Below, piece after piece: positions 58,745 through 64,000 of a DNA stretch of 64,000 nt. The notes below the pieces were generated by a model. That model was not told where the DNA came from. It saw only the letters and a list, made by a program, of their open reading frames with translations, and ran no database searches. The stretch lies in contig CAZJQI010000016.1 of the NCBI GenBank assembly GCA_964548275.1, positions 3,892 through 67,891 of the forward strand, in the 5' to 3' direction. The position numbers and the translations under genes are program-made. The first letter of the stretch is position 1; every line of letters starts with the position of its first letter. This DNA comes from an uncultured Gemmatimonadales bacterium. Its GTDB lineage: Bacteria; Gemmatimonadota; Glassbacteria; GWA2-58-10.

Positions 58745-59884
58745 ATGAAAAACTCTCTGGAAGATATAAAATTAACTCTGTTTTTTACCGGTGGAATGAG
58801 CCTGGGAAAATGGAAAGAAATCGGGAATCTGGACAGGGAACTGGCTATTTATCACCGGATGGCTGGGAAGATCAAGAAAGTGAACCTGGTGACTTACGGC
58901 GGCAGCAACGACCGGAAATTCGCAGGCGAACTCGGCCGGCTCGGCCTCATCCCGGCCAAATGGCACAACCGTCCAAAACTTACCGCCATGCATTTGATCC
59001 TTAGATATTTTCCGGTATTAATCGGCTCCGATGTGTTGAAAACCAATCAGATTCGCGGGGCTCAGATACCTGTTTGGTTAAAAAAAGCTTTCAAAAAGAA
59101 ACTTATAGTGCGGTGCGGTTTTTTACACAGTTATTTTACCAGGCAGCAGACAGGGGATGAAAAGCGAATTGAGGACGCTGCGGCCCTTGAAAGACTGGCG
59201 TTCAAGGAAGCCGATCTGGCTGTAGTTACCTCGGACTGGCAACGCGATCTGATAGTAGATGACCATGATCTGGACCCTGCCAAGGTAAAAGTCATACCCA
59301 ATTATGTTGTGTCGGATGTTTTTAAGCCGGATCCCGGGGCGGAGAAAAAATATGATCTTCTTTTTATCGGCAGAGGAGACAGGCAGAAAAATTTAATGAA
59401 TCTGTTGAGAGCTCTCGAGCAACTTTATAAGGACGGAAAAACAGTCTCCTTGATGTTGGTCGGAAGTTGCAGCCGAAATATCGAATTAAGGCGGTTCATA
59501 GAAAAGAAAGGGTTGGAAGTTCAGTTTCAAGATCATTTGCCGAATTCTGAATTGCCTAGGGTGATTAACCAGACAAGGATATTTATCCTGCCTTCTCTTT
59601 ACGAGGGCCATCCGAAGGCGCTGCTGGAGGCGATGAGCTGCGGTGCGGCGTGTATTGGCACGAAAGTTGTAGGGATAAGTAATGTAATAGATCATCTTCA
59701 GAATGGCTATCTCTGCCGAACCGATTACCAAAGCCTTGCCAGGGCGATAACTGAAGTTTTAAGTAACAGAGATTTACGAAAAAAAACAGGCCGGAAAGCT
59801 AGAAAATATATTGTTCGCAACTTCGATATTGAAAAAATCCTACAGAAAGAGCTTGAAGCTCTTGAAGAGGTGTTATCTGTTTGA
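58745..59884 (+). CDS. glycosyltransferase family 4
   Basis: VIPNYV, FIGR..QKN, PSLYEGHPKALLEAMSCG. Confidence 0.92.
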   Translation: MKNSLEDIKLTLFFTGGMSLGKWKEIGNLDRELAIYHRMAGKIKKVNLVTYGGSNDRKFAGELGRLGLIPAKWHNRPKLTAMHLILRYFPVLIGSDVLKTNQIRGAQIPVWLKKAFKKKLIVRCGFLHSYFTRQQTGDEKRIEDAAALERLAFKEADLAVVTSDWQRDLIVDDHDLDPAKVKVIPNYVVSDVFKPDPGAEKKYDLLFIGRGDRQKNLMNLLRALEQLYKDGKTVSLMLVGSCSRNIELRRFIEKKGLEVQFQDHLPNSELPRVINQTRIFILPSLYEGHPKALLEAMSCGAACIGTKVVGISNVIDHLQNGYLCRTDYQSLARAITEVLSNRDLRKKTGRKARKYIVRNFDIEKILQKELEALEEVLSV

Positions 59885-59958
59885 AATAAAAATTTTTTGT
59901 TGCTAAGATCCGATAAAAAAAGCTGATTCTCACAACTTATATTAAACGGAATACAAAG

Positions 59959-60921
59959 ATGCAGAAAAACTTCGCTCTGATCGGTGTGGCCGGTTATATC
60001 GCACCCCGGCATTTGGCAGCTATTCATGAAACCGGCAACAGGCTTGTTGCCGCGATTGATCCGCATGATTCGGTCGGTATCCTGGACAGCTATTTTCATG
60101 AGGTGAGTTTTTTTACCGAATTCGAACGTTTTGACAGGCATATCGAAAAGCTACGCAGACAGCCCGACCGGGAACGCGTTCACTATGTTAGTATCTGTTC
60201 TCCCAACCACCTTCATGATGCCCATATCCGTTTTGCGCTGAGAGTCGGTGCAGATGCAATATGTGAAAAACCGCTGGTATTGAATCCATGGAACTGCGAT
60301 TTGCTTCAGGAACTTGAAGAAGAGTCCGGCAAAAGGATCTATCCGATTCTCCAGTTGAGACTTCACCCCCTGATACTGAAACTCAAGGAATCACTCGATA
60401 AGGAAACAAGGCGCGGCAAACACGATATCAGCCTGACATACATTACTGCAAGGGGAAAGTGGTATCACTATTCGTGGAAGGGTATCCGCGAGCGCTCAGG
60501 AGGGTTGGCGACAAATATCGGGGTCCATTTTTTTGATCTTCTGATCTGGCTGTTCGGTCCGGTGGCAAAAAGTGAACTTCACTACGATGATCAATGGAAG
60601 ACCTCAGGCTATCTGGAACTTGAAAGGGCCAGAGTCAAATGGTTTCTATCCATTGACAGGAACGATCTCCCTTTCGATCCGGACCTCGAGAAAAAAAGTA
60701 CCTTTCGCTCGATGGTGATCGATGGTGGGGAGTTCGAGTTTTCCGAGGGTTTTCGCGATCTGCATACACTCTCTTATGAGAGGATTCTCGCTGGAGAAGG
60801 ATTCGGAATCAAGGAAGCGCGGCCTTCGATACAACTTTGTCATGATATTCGCATTGCTGCACCTGCCGGATTACCCTCAAATTCGCATCCATTTCTCGAA
60901 GCAGCTTTAAAAGGGACATAA
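59959..60921 (+). CDS. wbpB: Gfo/Idh/MocA oxidoreductase, UDP-GlcNAcA 3-dehydrogenase-like
   Basis: FALIGVAGYIAPRH, DSVGILDSYF, ICSPNHLHDAH, ICEKPL, GGLATNIGVHFFD, EFSEGF.DLHT.SY. Confidence 0.88.
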   Translation: MQKNFALIGVAGYIAPRHLAAIHETGNRLVAAIDPHDSVGILDSYFHEVSFFTEFERFDRHIEKLRRQPDRERVHYVSICSPNHLHDAHIRFALRVGADAICEKPLVLNPWNCDLLQELEEESGKRIYPILQLRLHPLILKLKESLDKETRRGKHDISLTYITARGKWYHYSWKGIRERSGGLATNIGVHFFDLLIWLFGPVAKSELHYDDQWKTSGYLELERARVKWFLSIDRNDLPFDPDLEKKSTFRSMVIDGGEFEFSEGFRDLHTLSYERILAGEGFGIKEARPSIQLCHDIRIAAPAGLPSNSHPFLEAALKGT

Positions 60922-60988
60922 AAACCCTTGTGAGCTGACTGACCACTCAATCTACCAGAGAACAGGTATAACCTGGCAATTGAAATAA

Positions 60989-62398
60989 ATGAACACCGAA
61001 TACAGACAATTTTTCCCATGGACCGGCTTCCCTGCCCGGTCAATCGCTGTGGCCGCATTCGCATTGATCATTGCGCTTTTCTGGCCCGGGGAATTGATAG
61101 GCATCTTTGGAATGGTTTCCCTGCTACTTTATCTGAAAAAGGTATCCAGCCGGTGGGGTGATACGCGGCCTTTCAAGATCTTTGCCGTTGGAATTGCAAT
61201 TCGCTTCTTTTTTCTTATACTGTTCGCTGTCATTTCTGCAATCAAAGGAAAAACGTTTACCCTGTTCGGGGATAGCAGCCTCAGCTTTAGGTCGGCAGAC
61301 GTTGCTCTTCAAGTCTTTTATGGTACTCGGGATTTTTACTCTCAGGGTAGCTCTCTTATGCCTGGGATTTACGGTTACACGATATATCACTGGATTAATG
61401 GAGCCTTATATTTAATTGCCGGCTATTCTCCTTTTCTGCTCAAGCTTGTCAATGTTGTTGCCTCCTGTCTGGCGGCCTGGATCGTTTATCTTATCTCTTT
61501 CAGGGTTACCGCTCATCGCACCGTCTCCGCCTGGGTCATGGGATTGTGCACCTTCTGGCCATCCAATATGCTATGGTCTATAGACTTTCTCAAGGAGCCG
61601 ATGATTCAGTTCTATGTTACAGTGATTATTTATCTTTTCGTGGACATGATAGTGCGGCGAAAATGGATTAATTTACTTTTACTGGGCTTGATCTGGTATC
61701 CTATCGGGCATTTCAGGGACGGATTCCAGTGGGTCATACTGGCGACCCTTTTGATCTCAAGCCTGCTGTTTATTCCCCGCCGTCTTGCGGTCGGTATTTT
61801 CATTATTTTTACTCTGGCAATAGCCGGTTTTATAAAAATGGGCCCCACGAACATTAAAAACAGGTTCGATAATTTTCAGGAGCGTGTGATCGGTGCTCAA
61901 ATAGGTTTTATTACCACAGGCGGATCCTATTACGTCTTTCTCCCTGGTCGTTTCAGAAACCCGGTCGGTAAAAAAGCACCGTTGACAGTGAAAGAAATGC
62001 TGACATCATATTTAAAGGCAATTTATTATTACCTCGGCACGCCCAGACCATATGCCCGGCTGAGCTTGAACAAACTTCCGGCTTTGCCTCAGATGATTAT
62101 CTGGTACTTGATGCTGATCCTGTTTTTACCTGCGGGCGTATTGTATTTATTGCAATACAGGTGGCGTGAGGCGGGTGTTGTTCTTGTCTTTCTGGCGGTG
62201 GCTACATCGGCCGTGGCGTTGTTTACAGCTAATGAGGGAACCGCTTTCCGACACAGGGATGTGCTTACACCGTTTTATTTCATACCCATAACAATCGGGA
62301 TGTTTAATATCCGCGGCTGGCTTGCCGAAAAGTACAGAAGACTGATGTCGGTATCAGTACAGGTGGCCGGAGCGCCCGAAACCCACCCTTTTTCTTGA
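60989..62398 (+). CDS. polytopic membrane protein (GT-C or Wzy-like)
   Basis: About 11-12 TM segments, GDS, WPS..LWS..LKEP and a C-terminal NEGTAFRHR motif. At the end of the glycan locus. Confidence 0.65.
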   Translation: MNTEYRQFFPWTGFPARSIAVAAFALIIALFWPGELIGIFGMVSLLLYLKKVSSRWGDTRPFKIFAVGIAIRFFFLILFAVISAIKGKTFTLFGDSSLSFRSADVALQVFYGTRDFYSQGSSLMPGIYGYTIYHWINGALYLIAGYSPFLLKLVNVVASCLAAWIVYLISFRVTAHRTVSAWVMGLCTFWPSNMLWSIDFLKEPMIQFYVTVIIYLFVDMIVRRKWINLLLLGLIWYPIGHFRDGFQWVILATLLISSLLFIPRRLAVGIFIIFTLAIAGFIKMGPTNIKNRFDNFQERVIGAQIGFITTGGSYYVFLPGRFRNPVGKKAPLTVKEMLTSYLKAIYYYLGTPRPYARLSLNKLPALPQMIIWYLMLILFLPAGVLYLLQYRWREAGVVLVFLAVATSAVALFTANEGTAFRHRDVLTPFYFIPITIGMFNIRGWLAEKYRRLMSVSVQVAGAPETHPFS

Positions 62399-62467
62399 AT
62401 TCGTAATTGCCTCAAATATTCCTCTGGCCCGGATGGTATAAAAAGGGCGAAAAGAGTGCTCTGCTTC

Positions 62468-63706
62468 TTAATTATCGTCATAAGACAGGAGCCTTCTTTC
62501 ACCCTCCAGCTTTCTAAGCGGTGTCAGATCCTGGGTAACCTCAAGGGTACCGAGATACTGGCCATCCTCATCGCGAACGGCAAAATAACGGATGTAGATA
62601 AACTTACCCTGAGACTGAATCCAGAACTCGGCTACATCCTGTGTTCCGGTGCGGAAATCGTTGATAATTCTCTCCACTGTATCCACGCTTTTCGGCGGGT
62701 GGCAATGCTGCACCTTGCGGCCGATAATGGTTTTACTGCGTGGGAAAATCCTTTTTTCCCCTTCGGAAAAGAAAGCCACCCGGTCCTGGTTGTCGACAAA
62801 AGTGAGATCCACAGGCAGAACTCTGAGCATACCGCGAAGCTGTTCGAATTTCAGGCTGCCCGTATTGAACATGATCGCCTCGCTGCCTCCCGGCTCAGCG
62901 ACCTTTTCCGGAGCCTCGGGTTCCGGCGGCTTGTAATCGGTTTCTGGCTCGACCAGGCACCAGCCGTACTCGGGAGACTGGCTCCAGATCTCCCCCCAAT
63001 CATCCTCGGTCAGAGTTTTCAGGGACATGGGAAAGAGGATTTCTTTCTCCTTGAAAACCATTTCCTCCACTGCATCTAAAGCGGGCGCGACAACTGTATC
63101 AGCGACGATTTTCCATTCACCGGATTTGGCCTTGGTTTCCCCCAGGGCTTCGCCAAGAGCTTTGAGCAGCTCGCGAACCTCGTCATCCTTGCCCCACATC
63201 ACTTTGGACGGGCCGGTGACACCGTGGCGCTCCAGGCAGGGGAAAAGCAGGTTTTCCTTGCGCTGGTAATGTTTCTCCACATCCATCAGGTTGTTGTAAT
63301 GTCCGCGAAGCCTTTCCAACAGCTTGGTCATATCCGCATCATCCTTAAGAGCTTTGGTTTCAGCCAGAATGCCACGCATTTCAGCCACCAGTTCGGTCAA
63401 CGCGTCGTTTTCCCTGCGCATGGTGTCGATCGGGTGGCCGGGAACGATTTCCAGGGGGCTGGATTCGACAATCAAATCGCGAAGAACCTGGGAGTGAAGG
63501 TCGCACATGGCCTGAACTTCCTCTACCGGCATCCCTTCAGCTATCAACTCCTGTTCCATGGCAGCAATTTCAGTGGAGTCGGTCTGGCGCACCAGTTCGG
63601 TCAGCTCCTGCTTGACCTCCTCAGGTGGATGGCCGGCGTGCAGCTTTTTGATAATTTCTTTCAGAACTTTGATTCGCTGGGATTTGTCGTCTATTATTTC
63701 ACTCAT
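62468..63706 (-). CDS. DUF438 / hemerythrin / PAS-domain protein
   Basis: LKEIIKKLHAG..EI...EQELI.EG...MCDLH, GHPIDTMRREN, HYQRKENLLFP, VMWGKDD, and PAS_10 (LPVDLTFVD...GRKVQHCHPPKS...LEVTQD). Confidence 0.93.
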   Translation of the reverse strand: MSEIIDDKSQRIKVLKEIIKKLHAGHPPEEVKQELTELVRQTDSTEIAAMEQELIAEGMPVEEVQAMCDLHSQVLRDLIVESSPLEIVPGHPIDTMRRENDALTELVAEMRGILAETKALKDDADMTKLLERLRGHYNNLMDVEKHYQRKENLLFPCLERHGVTGPSKVMWGKDDEVRELLKALGEALGETKAKSGEWKIVADTVVAPALDAVEEMVFKEKEILFPMSLKTLTEDDWGEIWSQSPEYGWCLVEPETDYKPPEPEAPEKVAEPGGSEAIMFNTGSLKFEQLRGMLRVLPVDLTFVDNQDRVAFFSEGEKRIFPRSKTIIGRKVQHCHPPKSVDTVERIINDFRTGTQDVAEFWIQSQGKFIYIRYFAVRDEDGQYLGTLEVTQDLTPLRKLEGERRLLSYDDN

Positions 63707-63965
63707 TTGTACTCCAAGGGTTGGGATGCGAAATTATTAAAGATAATACTTATTCTACATTATATAACGTTTGAAAATAAAAAAGTAGCACGTTCTCAAT
63801 AATAATTTTTTTCTGGGGTTTTTCAACGACGAGAATGTGCAATAAGGAAAATACTGTCAAAGTGGAATTCTACCCGGGGAAAGGACACTCTTGACATGCA
63901 GATCGTGATAGAGAATCTTTTAGGTGACAGTCAACAGGATCAACCTGGCTCGGAGGTGAAATAAG

Positions 63966-64000
63966 ATGAGAAATCGAGTTCTACGGCTGCCCACTCTGCT
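63966..64000 (+). CDS. start of a 3'-truncated gene (MRNRVLRLPTL...)
   Basis: GGAGGTG RBS 7 nt upstream. The frame is open to the window end and begins like a signal peptide. Confidence 0.5.
   Translation, partial: MRNRVLRLPTL

Overview
Bacterial chromosomal window, probably from an FCB-superphylum/Gemmatimonadota-related candidate lineage. The 'DIFDLL' dockerins plus LPKAF..QNxPNPFNP C-terminal domains recall Ca. Glassbacteria, but this is recollection and was not verified. (1) 1-14.9 kb: five co-oriented genes for large secreted, apparently non-enzymatic proteins built from cohesin-like, dockerin and cadherin-like Ig modules. Three end in a T9SS-type-A/FlgD-Ig-like C-terminal domain (CTD) and two end in a near-identical dockerin with no CTD. 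This looks like a cellulosome-like but hydrolase-free surface scaffold and is the most interesting system here. (2) 15-19 kb: ytxH/DUF948 pair, nadE with an internally deleted nitrilase-family partner gene, trxA, a CDP-alcohol phosphatidyltransferase and tmk. (3) 19-28 kb: a GAF-fused PilB/GspE ATPase divergent from a sigma54-type promoter, an unlisted 51-aa ORF, an ExeA-like ATPase with zinc ribbons, a membrane protein, a FlgT-C/TPR/FGE-domain protein and a TPR protein. (4) 28-43.6 kb: heterodimeric ABC exporter, homocysteine methyltransferase domain, a direct-repeat-flanked four-way-junction element, add, a LysR regulator, a cluster of REP-like palindromes, ino1, purL/purQ and small enzymes. 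(5) 43.8-62.4 kb: a methyltransferase-rich surface-glycan locus (pseB-like, GT2/GT4, ABC flippase, GT-C-like membrane proteins, gmd/fcl, wbpB-like). (6) A DUF438/hemerythrin/PAS protein and the start of a further gene. No rRNA, tRNA, CRISPR array or transposase was seen. All domain calls come from motif recognition by eye, not from database searches.
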